From positions 22,668-86,667 of the forward strand of contig JADQBM010000029.1 of the NCBI GenBank assembly GCA_016278615.1: 64,000 nucleotides of DNA, read 5' to 3'. The first letter of the stretch is position 1. Each line of letters starts with the position of its first letter. Below the pieces are notes generated by a model, which had not been told where the DNA came from, searched no databases, and worked only from the letters and a program-made list of their open reading frames with translations. Below, piece after piece: positions 37,910 through 46,276 of the stretch. Source of the DNA: Clostridia bacterium. Its GTDB lineage: Bacteria; Bacillota; Clostridia; Peptostreptococcales; JAAYPU01. The position numbers and the translations under genes were made by a program.

Positions 37910-37992
37910 ATTTGTTTAAAACTTAATGGTGAAAACCCATTAAATTTTAATAACATTTTGATTTTTAAAAAAAATAAATCGGAGGTATTTGT

Positions 37993-39330
37993 ATGAAAAT
38001 GTTATTAGTTGGAGCTGGTGGTGTTGGTGAATCTATACTTAAAATATTAAAGGTTCGAGATCCAAATGGCTCATGGCTGAAAAAAGTTATTGTTTCAGAC
38101 TATGATTTAAAACGTGCAGAAGAAGTTGTCAATCACTTAGGAGAAGATTCCAGATTCATTGCAGAAAAAGTCAATGCAAAAGATATTAATGCAATCATTG
38201 ATCTCATAAAAAAACATGAATGTGACTTCGTTATGGATGCAGCTGCACCTTTCGTTTCCAATAATATCTTTGATGCTGCTTTTTTAGGAAATGCGAATTA
38301 TGCTAATATGGGAACTTGGTCGGTCCCTTTAGAAAAGCCAAAGTACGGTTATGGTCTTGAAAACAACTTTAGTGAATCTATGGCAGCATATAATTTCGAC
38401 CAGCATGAAGAGTGGCAAAAAAAAGGTATTATGGCTTGTATTTGCTTAGGCATTGATCCCGGAGTCGTGGATGTATTTGGAAGATTTGCGGCAGAGTATC
38501 TTTTTGATGAAATCCACGAAATCCATGTAAAGGACGGCGGAAATCTTCGAATTCCAGGAACTGGTGATTATGATATTGCCTTTGGTTTTAATGTTTGGAC
38601 CGTTTTAGATGAGGTTTTAAATCCTAATGTGGAATGGAGTAAAGATAAAGGCTTCTTCATAGAACCTGCTTTCGCAGGACAAGAAACGTTCCAACTACCT
38701 GTAAGTGTTGGTTCAAATACAATGGTAAAGGTTGAACATGAAGAAACTGTTCTTATGCCTCGGTTCTTACAAAAATATGGTCTGAAGAAATGTAGCTTTA
38801 AAATTAGTCTAGATGATAGCTTGGTTAATGCACTTAAAGTCATTGATGGTTTAGGACTCCGAAGTCTTGAAGATGTAGATGTGGGGGGTGTAAAAGTTAG
38901 ACCAAGAGATGTTGTTGCTGCAGTTGCACCACAACCTAAGGATCTGGGCAGTGAAATGATAGGGAAAATGGTAGTAGGCATACATTGTATTGGAATTAAA
39001 AATGGCATGAAGCGTGAAATCTTTATGTATCAGCCTTTTGATAATCAAGAATCCATGGAAAAGTGGGGCATGCAAGCAGTGGTTGCTCAAACTGGTTTTG
39101 GTGCTGCCATTGGAATCGAAATGATTGGAAGAGACTTCTGGAAAGATGCGGGTGTATACAGTCCCGAGTACTTCAATCCCATCCCCTACCTTGAAATTAT
39201 GGATGAGTCCGATTTTGAATACGGCATCGTTGAAATGGATTCAGAATATAAAGCAAAACAAGATAAAGAAACAATGGCAGAAATATTTGAGAAAGCAAAA
39301 ATGAAAAACGTAATGAACAATGAAAAATGA
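37993..39330 (+). CDS. Saccharopine dehydrogenase-family NAD(P)-binding oxidoreductase
   Basis: N-terminal Rossmann motif MLLVGAGGVGESI; 445 aa with family-typical length and layout. Preceded by a glycine riboswitch. The last codons lie in the HATH-F arm. Confidence 0.75.
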   Translation: MKMLLVGAGGVGESILKILKVRDPNGSWLKKVIVSDYDLKRAEEVVNHLGEDSRFIAEKVNAKDINAIIDLIKKHECDFVMDAAAPFVSNNIFDAAFLGNANYANMGTWSVPLEKPKYGYGLENNFSESMAAYNFDQHEEWQKKGIMACICLGIDPGVVDVFGRFAAEYLFDEIHEIHVKDGGNLRIPGTGDYDIAFGFNVWTVLDEVLNPNVEWSKDKGFFIEPAFAGQETFQLPVSVGSNTMVKVEHEETVLMPRFLQKYGLKKCSFKISLDDSLVNALKVIDGLGLRSLEDVDVGGVKVRPRDVVAAVAPQPKDLGSEMIGKMVVGIHCIGIKNGMKREIFMYQPFDNQESMEKWGMQAVVAQTGFGAAIGIEMIGRDFWKDAGVYSPEYFNPIPYLEIMDESDFEYGIVEMDSEYKAKQDKETMAEIFEKAKMKNVMNNEK

Positions 39331-39507
39331 ATAATGAACAGTGAGTAATGAATAATGAACAATGAATAATGAATAATGGAGGTTGGTTTTGCTTTTAGCA
39401 AAACCTTCTTTTATAAATGCAAGCTTTTGGAACAAAAGCCTCCATAATTATTCATTATTCATTATTCATTATTCATTGTTCATTGTTAATTGTTCATTGT
39501 TAATATT
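39310..39507 (-). repeat. HATH element copy F (ANAATGA/TCATTNT arm flavour), saccharopine-DH|lrgB convergent spacer
   Basis: Ten in-phase ANAATGA heptamers at 39310-39379, including the CDS stop TGA at 39328-39330. GGTTTTGC-tttta-GCAAAACC (39385-39405). GCTTTTG-gaa-CAAAAGC (39423-39439). Nine in-phase TCATTNT-type heptamers at 39445-39507. Confidence 0.9.
39385..39414 (+). terminator. Terminator of the saccharopine-DH-family gene formed by a HATH-F mini-hairpin
   Basis: GGTTTTGC-tttta-GCAAAACC followed by TTCTTTTAT. Confidence 0.6.
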
Positions 39508-39531
39508 TTTTACAGAAAAATATTAACAATG
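39495..39531. repeat. Perfect 16-bp inverted repeat centred on the lrgB stop codon
   Basis: CATTGTTAATATTTTT-tacag-AAAAATATTAACAATG. The left half is the last arm heptamers of HATH-F. The right half encodes the last lrgB codons (FIVNIFL-stop on the minus strand). Confidence 0.9.
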
Positions 39532-40208
39532 AACGGTGCCGCAAGTGCCGTAAAGATCCCTGCAATCCCCATGGCAAGAGAACTCATAGCCCCTTCGATT
39601 TCTCCTTCTTTAAAGGCTCTTGCTGTTCCTACAGCATGACACATACTGCCTAATGCAATTCCTTTTGCAATTTTGTTTTTTATCCCAAGGAACTTGATGA
39701 CTTCTGGGCCAAAACTTCCTCCAAATATTCCGGTAAATACAACCAATGCAATTGTAAGCTCTGGTATACCTCCAATAATTTGGGAGACTTCAATGGCAAT
39801 GGGATTTGTTACACCTTTAGGTACCATGGAAACTATGATTTCCTTATTAGTTCCTAAAATTTTTCCAAAAATAATACAACTTCCCATGGTCACAATACTT
39901 CCACAAACAATTCCCATAACAACTGGCACTACATTTTTCTTGAGAATGTGTATATTTTTATAAAGGGGTACAGCAAGTACAACAGCTGCCGGAGCCAGCA
40001 TAAAATTCAAAAAAGCATTTTGCGCTTTATAGACTTCATAATCAATATTTCCGATTTTTAAAACAACTATAATCAGTATGGTAGCGGTCAAAATCGGCTG
40101 AAGAAAAGAAAATTTGAATTTATTGTATATGAGAATGCCTACCCAAAACCCACTTAAAGTAAGCAACACTCCGAAAACGGGTATGTTCACCAATATATCA
40201 ATCATCAT
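39510..40208 (-). CDS. lrgB: LrgB-family (CidB/LrgB) membrane protein
   Basis: 232 aa polytopic protein that overlaps the upstream lrgA-like ORF by 11 nt. Confidence 0.85.
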   Translation of the reverse strand: MMIDILVNIPVFGVLLTLSGFWVGILIYNKFKFSFLQPILTATILIIVVLKIGNIDYEVYKAQNAFLNFMLAPAAVVLAVPLYKNIHILKKNVVPVVMGIVCGSIVTMGSCIIFGKILGTNKEIIVSMVPKGVTNPIAIEVSQIIGGIPELTIALVVFTGIFGGSFGPEVIKFLGIKNKIAKGIALGSMCHAVGTARAFKEGEIEGAMSSLAMGIAGIFTALAAPFIVNIFL

Positions 40209-40554
40209 GATTCCCCCTACCCATAAGTAATTCTGTGACCTTTCCTGCTACCAGTAACCCCAGGATAATGCTAATAAATACGGGGATGATAATCTTAATA
40301 AATTCATTCTTTAATAAATCAAGATAAAGAATAATGCCTACAGAAGGCACCAAATAAAATACAGCTAAATATTGTATAACGAAATTTGAAGCGTCTTCAA
40401 CTTTTTCTAATTTAACTACTTTGGTAATGAGAGCTAAAAATAAAAAAACCATTCCAATAACATTCGCCGGAACAGGAATATTAAAAATTCTTTCTGTGAG
40501 ATATCCAAAATATAAGAATAAAAGGATGATTGCAAATTGTTTTACTATTTTCAT
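40198..40554 (-). CDS. lrgA: LrgA/CidA holin-like protein
   Basis: 118 aa with four hydrophobic segments, paired with lrgB. Confidence 0.8.
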   Translation of the reverse strand: MKIVKQFAIILLFLYFGYLTERIFNIPVPANVIGMVFLFLALITKVVKLEKVEDASNFVIQYLAVFYLVPSVGIILYLDLLKNEFIKIIIPVFISIILGLLVAGKVTELLMGRGNHDD

Positions 40555-40698
40555 TTTCTAAGCTCCTTGACATTCATTACGAGTGCTTCTTGAAATATAT
40601 TATCATATTTTCTTCAATTATATATTGAAATTTGTGTAAATTATAAGATATATTATAATAATAGTTTATAAAACTATATAGAGAAGGAGGAATTTATC

Positions 40699-41943
40699 TT
40701 GAATCAATACTTGATGGCTGCACCAGGAACTCGCCAAATTAGCGGTGATGATAAAATATTTGGTATTAATAAATCTGCTCATGATATGTCAAAAATAATA
40801 GGGCCTGAGAATGTGGTTAATGCTACCATCGGTGCACTATTAGATGACGAAGGAAAACTAATGGTATTGCCAAGCATTGTTGAAGCATATAAAAGCTTAT
40901 CTCCATCTGAAATAGCTGAATATGCACCTATCGCAGGCGTTCCCTCCTTTTTAACAAATGTCAAAACCGCTGTCTTTGGACAATATATTCCTAATGGATA
41001 TATTGAAGCAATTGCAACCCCTGGTGGCACCGGGGCCATTCATAATACCATCCAGAATTATTCATTATCAAAAGATACGATATTGACGACTGATTGGTTC
41101 TGGGGGCCTTATAAGACCATCTCCGATGAATTAGGGAGAAACCTGCAAACTTTTACCATGTTTGATGAAAACAAAAAGTTGAATATATCTGCTTTTGAGA
41201 CAGAAACAAAAGCGTTATTGAAAAAGCAGTCCCATTTGGTTATTTTATTTAATGCACCTGCTCATAATCCAACAGGGTTTACCCCCGATGACAAAGAATG
41301 GGATGTATTGATGGATGTTTTGAAAAAAGAGGCAAAAAATACTGAGAAAAAAATTACATTATTTGTAGATGCAGCCTATATTGACTTCGCTGGAGATCCA
41401 GATACCAGTAGAAAGTTCTTTACAAAATTTTCGAATCTCCCAGAAAATATCTTAGTGATTGTTGCTTTTAGTATGTCTAAGGGCTATACCTTGTACGGTA
41501 TGAGAAGTGGTGCCATGGTTTGCATTACACCAAACAAAGCCATTGCAGAAGAATTTAAAACGATTAATATGTACTCAAATAGGGCCACCTGGTCCAATGG
41601 TACGCGTCCTGCTATGAGTATATTAAGTAGAATATTTGAAAATACTGACCTGTATAAAAAGGTTGCACAAGAAAGAGCTGATTTTAAAAGTGTTTTAGAC
41701 AAACGTGCTCAAGCCTTTCTAGAGAGTTCAAAGAAATGCGGATTGGAACTATGTCCTTATGAATCCGGCTTCTTTATTACCATTCCATGTGAAAATGCCG
41801 AAGCAATTGGTCAAGAATTACAAAAAGAAGCTATCTTTATTGTTCCCATTGGGAAGGGACTTCGATTTGCTGTTTCCGCTGTATCACAAGACAAATGCAA
41901 AATCGTACCAGAAAAAATTGCATCCCTTATAAAAAATTTATAA
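40699..41943 (+). CDS. Aspartate/aromatic aminotransferase (AspC/TyrB type)
   Basis: GGTGAIH, HNPTG and PLP-lysine SMSKGYTLYGMRSGA motifs. TTG start 7 nt after GGAGGA. Confidence 0.85.
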   Translation: MNQYLMAAPGTRQISGDDKIFGINKSAHDMSKIIGPENVVNATIGALLDDEGKLMVLPSIVEAYKSLSPSEIAEYAPIAGVPSFLTNVKTAVFGQYIPNGYIEAIATPGGTGAIHNTIQNYSLSKDTILTTDWFWGPYKTISDELGRNLQTFTMFDENKKLNISAFETETKALLKKQSHLVILFNAPAHNPTGFTPDDKEWDVLMDVLKKEAKNTEKKITLFVDAAYIDFAGDPDTSRKFFTKFSNLPENILVIVAFSMSKGYTLYGMRSGAMVCITPNKAIAEEFKTINMYSNRATWSNGTRPAMSILSRIFENTDLYKKVAQERADFKSVLDKRAQAFLESSKKCGLELCPYESGFFITIPCENAEAIGQELQKEAIFIVPIGKGLRFAVSAVSQDKCKIVPEKIASLIKNL

Positions 41944-41957
41944 TCTTTAGAAATAGT

Positions 41958-42010
41958 AAAAGCACTAAAAGAGTTTTTCGAAAACGAAATCCTTTTAGTG
42001 CTTTTTAATT
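41958..42010 (+). terminator. Terminator after the aspartate aminotransferase gene
   Basis: AAAAGCACTAAAAG..CTTTTAGTGCTTTT 14-bp stem with an inner GTTTTCGAAAAC palindrome, followed by TAATTTT. Confidence 0.75.
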
Positions 42011-42173
42011 TTGAAGCTTCAAGAATATTGGTGTCTGTTTAACAAATTGTAATAAGCAATTTTTATTTGTAAAAAATCTTTTCTTTTCCTTCTTTAAGTT
42101 TGTCTTTTTTTGAATCCACAATCATAGAATTTACAATGAAATAAAAACAAGGGAAAAAATAGAAAGGAAAAAT

Positions 42174-42202
42174 TTGCAATTTATTAGAAAGGGATGTATA
42201 AT
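42174..42202 (+). promoter_or_regulatory. Candidate sigma-A promoter P1 far upstream of the hydrogenase operon
   Basis: TTGCAA (42174-42179), 17-nt spacer, TATAAT (42197-42202). It lies about 460 nt before the hydC start. Confidence 0.4.
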
Positions 42203-42395
42203 GATAATTAATTAACAATGACATTTAAGTGCACTTCTAAAAAATTAATTTCGTTCTAAATTTTCTAACAATCTACTTGTTAAAGTAAAATTTTTACCAT
42301 TGAATATTCTTTTCTATAACAATTTTCTTTCTAAATGAATTACTATTTAATTCTCTCTCAACTAAGTTTAGTTATCCGGCATAGCTGACAATTTT

Positions 42396-42404
42396 TGTTA
42401 TAAT
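42396..42404 (+). promoter_or_regulatory. Candidate extended -10 promoter P2 upstream of the hydrogenase operon
   Basis: TGtTATAAT (42396-42404). The -35 is poor (CCGGCA). Confidence 0.3.
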
Positions 42405-42666
42405 TTTATAAAGTTTTCAGCTATTGGAATAAACAGAGTTCTTTGCTTAAAGTGACATTTTTATCAGCACTTGAAGCTTAGAAATCGTTATCCAGGGGCT
42501 TTTCAATTCTTTCTTCAATGCTTACTTCAATGCTTTGAAGCATTAGAATTGTTAGCCATCGGGTAAGTGTTTCTTTGGATTCAACAATCATTTCTTATGA
42601 ACCCAAAGAAACGATAACAGTACCTTTTATTCTTAAAGTACTTTTAAAAAGAGAGGTGATTTAATC

Positions 42667-43179
42667 ATGAAAGAATCATCACAATGCTGCTGTGATGAAG
42701 GTCTCGAAGAAAAGTTGAAGCATGTAGAAAGAATCGTAGATGATTTCGTAAAACAAGAAGCAAACTTGATTCAAATTTTACACACGGTACAAAATGTTCA
42801 CGGAGCTCTTCCTTTAGAAATCCAGCAAACGATTTCACAAAAAACTGGAATTGCTTTATCCGAAATTTCTGGTGTCATAAGCTTCTATTCTTTCTTTTCT
42901 ACAAAGCCCAAAGGAAAACATATTGTTAAAGTATGTATGGGCACTGCCTGTTATGTAAGAGGTGGCAAAAAAATTGTGGACAGACTTCAAGAACTCTTGG
43001 ATGTAGAAATTGGCGAAACGACTGGTGATGGATTGTTCACTTTAGAAGTCGTAAGGTGTATGGGTGCATGTGGTTTGGCTCCGGCAGTTTCCATCGATGA
43101 AAAAGTTTTCAAGCAGGTAAATCCGGATAAGCTTCATACCCTCTTGAGTAAATACTATCCAAAGGAGGGACAACAATGA
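42667..43179 (+). CDS. hydC: [FeFe]-hydrogenase NuoE-like [2Fe-2S] subunit
   Basis: Thioredoxin-like 2Fe-2S cysteines CMGTACYVRG..CMGACGLAP. The 4-nt overlap with the next gene suggests translational coupling. Confidence 0.85.
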   Translation: MKESSQCCCDEGLEEKLKHVERIVDDFVKQEANLIQILHTVQNVHGALPLEIQQTISQKTGIALSEISGVISFYSFFSTKPKGKHIVKVCMGTACYVRGGKKIVDRLQELLDVEIGETTGDGLFTLEVVRCMGACGLAPAVSIDEKVFKQVNPDKLHTLLSKYYPKEGQQ

Positions 43180-46100
43180 AAAAAATCAATTCCTTAGAAG
43201 CTTTAAAACATATTGCAGAGAACATTAAAAAGAAAGAAGCCCAATACGAATATATTCTCCATGTTTGCTTCGGAGCTGGCTGTGTTTCTTCTGGCAGTGA
43301 AGAGATTACGGATGCTCTGGAAGAAGCTCTTGCTCACAATGGTATTCGAAACAAGGTACTGGTTCGAAAAACCGGATGCATTGGTGCTTGTGATAAAGGA
43401 CCTTCCCTTTATATCACCCCGGATAATACTTACTATACAAATCTGGAACCTGAAGATATGGAGCGAATCGTGTCCCAGCACCTCATTTCTAAAAATGTTG
43501 TTGAGGATAAATGTTATTTTGATTTAATCAGTAAACAACATATTAAAGATATTAATAAAATTCCTTTCTTTAGCAGACAAAGTAAAGTTGTATTAAACAA
43601 CTGCGGCATTATTGACTATTCATCCATCGAAGAATATATCGCAAGGGATGGCTACAAAGGTCTTGCCAAGGCTCTATTCAAAATGACCTCAGATGAGGTC
43701 GTTAATGAAATAAAGGAATCCGGTCTTAGAGGAAGAGGTGGCGGTGGTTTTCCCACTGGAACCAAATTAGAATTAGCCTCAAAGGAAAAAGACCCCCATA
43801 AATATATGGTCTGTAATGCTGACGAAGGCGACCCGGGTGCTTTTATGGATCGTGCACTTTTAGAAGGCGATCCCCATTCTGTTTTGGAAGGTATGCTCTT
43901 ATCTGGCTATGCCATTGGGGCCTCTAAAGGTTATATTTATGTGCGTGCGGAATACCCCCTTGCCATAGAAAGAATTGAATTAGCTATTCAGCAAGCACGA
44001 GAGAATGGTATTTTAGGAACTAAAATAATGGATAGCGGTTTTTCTTTTGATATAGAAATCAGAATAGGCGCAGGCGCCTTTGTCTGTGGAGAAGAAACTG
44101 CTCTAATTCACTCTATAGAGGGAAAACGTGGCGAACCTCGTCAAAAACCTCCTTTTCCGAGTACCAGTGGTATTTATGGAAAGCCTACGGTTATTGACAA
44201 CGTAGAAACATTAGCCAATATTTCAAAAATATTAATCAATGATGCAAAATGGTTTCATCAGTATGGAACCAAGAATAATAGGGGCACAAAAATATTTGCA
44301 TTAGCAGGCGCTGTACAAAACACAGGGATAATCGAAGTTCCCATGGGCACTACTTTAGGAGAAGTTCTTTTTGATATTGGCGGAGGCACTAAAAATAATA
44401 AGAAATTTAAAGCTTCTCAGACCGGTGGTCCTTCTGGTGGATGTTTAACCTCGGAGCATCTTAATACTGAAATCGATTATGACTCCTTGAAATCATTGGG
44501 AACCATAATGGGATCCGGTGGATTGATCAGTATGGATGAAGATAACTGCATGGTCGATGTGGCCCGATATTTTATGGAATTTGTTAAAGAAGAATCATGT
44601 GGAAAATGTCTGCCTTGTCGTGTTGGTACCACAAGGATGCTTGAAATTTTGGAAAGAATTACAAGGGGAGAAGGCGAAGAAGGGGACATCGAAAAGCTCA
44701 TAGAATTAGGAGAAAATATTAAAGAGTCCGCTCTATGTGGTCTTGGACAAACAGCTCCAAATCCTGTTCTTAGCACCATTCGATGGTTCCGTGAAGAATA
44801 TGAAGAGCATATTAAGCTTAAATATTGCAAAGCGGGCATATGTCAGGATCTCATGATTTCACCTTGCGAGAATTCTTGTCCTGCCGGTGTCAATGTTCCT
44901 GGTTATATTGCTCTTGTGGCAGCAAATCGAGTCAGAGATGCTTATAACCTTATACGCCAGGATAATCCTTTCCCAGCCGTTTGTGGCAGAGTTTGTACCC
45001 ACCCCTGTGAATCAAAGTGCAGGAGAGGCCAAGTGGATGATCCTATCGCCATCTCAGCTTTAAAGCGATATGCTGCAGATATTGTATTGAGCTTAGATGA
45101 ACCATTCCAAGAAGAAAAAATCCCATTAAAGGACAAAAGCGTTGGTATCATCGGGGGAGGTCCTTCAGGTCTTTCAGCAGCCTATCATCTTGCAAGATTA
45201 GGGTATGACGTTACTGTATACGAAGCTGCTGCTCATGCAGGCGGCTGCTTAACATTAACCATTCCTGAATACAGGCTCCCAAGGGATATTCTTCATAAAG
45301 AAATAAAAGCCATTGAGCAAGTGGGGGTTAAGGTTCTCAGAAATATGCGTGTGGGAAAAGATATTGCTTTTGACGAAGTCAAGAGAAGACATAATGCCAT
45401 TTACATCGCTACAGGAACTCATATTGCACGAAAAATGGGTATCGAAGGCGAAGGTTTGGCAGGCGTGTATCCCGGCTTTGAAATATTGCAGATGCCTAAG
45501 GAACAAATTAAATCAATCGTACAAGATAAAAAAATTGCAATTATCGGGGGCGGTAATACAGCGATTGATGTGGCACGTGTGGCCATAAGATTAGGTGCAA
45601 AAAGTGTTGAGATTATCTATAGGAGAACCATTGATAATATGCCGGCTGACGAAATGGAAATTGAAGAAGCGCAACGAGAAGGTGTTGTGATTCATACAAT
45701 GGTAACGCCTATATCCATCGTTGGTAAACGGAATGTTGAAAAACTAAAGCTTATTCGGCTTGAGCCCGGAAAGTTTGATTACACTTCTAGAAAAGTGAGC
45801 GTTCCTATACCCGGATCAGAATTTGAAATAGAAGAAGATATTGTCATACCTACTATTCGTCAAAATGAAGACTTATCCTTTATGGGTCTTGGCAATGGTG
45901 AAACCCTTAACTTGAAAAATGTAAGGAAAAGTGTCAGCAACTCTATGACTGAAATAGAAGGTGTTTTTGCTGGTGGGGATGTTCTTCAGAGATCTAATAC
46001 CGTTATTCACGCAATCGCTGACGGAAAGAAGGCCGCAACGGATATTGACATTTATTTAGGTGGCAAAGGTATTCTGAATAAAGGAAAGGAAATCGAGATT

Positions 46101-46265
46101 CCAAAGCCAGATGAAGAGGAAGATCTCGCAGAACATAAGAGATTCACTTTCAAAAGCTTACCTTTAGAAGAGCGTCAGAATAATTTTAATGAAGTCTTCA
46201 GTAGATATGATAAGCTGAGTGCAATTGCAGAAGCTATGCGTTGTCTCAGATGCAACAGGCGATAG
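43176..46265 (+). CDS. hydB: NuoF-like flavoprotein subunit fused to a GltD/NfnB-like FAD/NAD(P)H oxidoreductase module
   Basis: 1029 aa. N-terminal 2Fe-2S domain. NuoF core GLRGRGGGGFPTG and ESCGKCLPCRVG. Then GltD-type Cys region CPAGVNVPGY..GRVCTHPCESKC and two dinucleotide folds VGIIGGGPSGLSAA and IAIIGGGNTAIDVA. Confidence 0.85.
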   Translation: MKKINSLEALKHIAENIKKKEAQYEYILHVCFGAGCVSSGSEEITDALEEALAHNGIRNKVLVRKTGCIGACDKGPSLYITPDNTYYTNLEPEDMERIVSQHLISKNVVEDKCYFDLISKQHIKDINKIPFFSRQSKVVLNNCGIIDYSSIEEYIARDGYKGLAKALFKMTSDEVVNEIKESGLRGRGGGGFPTGTKLELASKEKDPHKYMVCNADEGDPGAFMDRALLEGDPHSVLEGMLLSGYAIGASKGYIYVRAEYPLAIERIELAIQQARENGILGTKIMDSGFSFDIEIRIGAGAFVCGEETALIHSIEGKRGEPRQKPPFPSTSGIYGKPTVIDNVETLANISKILINDAKWFHQYGTKNNRGTKIFALAGAVQNTGIIEVPMGTTLGEVLFDIGGGTKNNKKFKASQTGGPSGGCLTSEHLNTEIDYDSLKSLGTIMGSGGLISMDEDNCMVDVARYFMEFVKEESCGKCLPCRVGTTRMLEILERITRGEGEEGDIEKLIELGENIKESALCGLGQTAPNPVLSTIRWFREEYEEHIKLKYCKAGICQDLMISPCENSCPAGVNVPGYIALVAANRVRDAYNLIRQDNPFPAVCGRVCTHPCESKCRRGQVDDPIAISALKRYAADIVLSLDEPFQEEKIPLKDKSVGIIGGGPSGLSAAYHLARLGYDVTVYEAAAHAGGCLTLTIPEYRLPRDILHKEIKAIEQVGVKVLRNMRVGKDIAFDEVKRRHNAIYIATGTHIARKMGIEGEGLAGVYPGFEILQMPKEQIKSIVQDKKIAIIGGGNTAIDVARVAIRLGAKSVEIIYRRTIDNMPADEMEIEEAQREGVVIHTMVTPISIVGKRNVEKLKLIRLEPGKFDYTSRKVSVPIPGSEFEIEEDIVIPTIRQNEDLSFMGLGNGETLNLKNVRKSVSNSMTEIEGVFAGGDVLQRSNTVIHAIADGKKAATDIDIYLGGKGILNKGKEIEIPKPDEEEDLAEHKRFTFKSLPLEERQNNFNEVFSRYDKLSAIAEAMRCLRCNRR

Positions 46266-46276
46266 GAGGTGATACA

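Noticed and set aside
37675-37956. 93-aa minus-strand ORF in the spacer upstream of the saccharopine-DH-family gene
   Set aside because: It lies antisense across the tandem glycine riboswitch and its terminator. It has no SD and no recognisable family features.
39186-39435. Track ORFs 39186-39401 and 39241-39435 (minus strand)
   Set aside because: They are translations of the HATH-F heptamer arms (repeating IIHYSLF) and are antisense to the end of a well-supported CDS.
42203-42666. Rex (NADH-sensing repressor) operator in the hydrogenase leader
   Set aside because: Several TTGTTAA or TTAACAA half-sites occur, but no properly spaced inverted pair was found.
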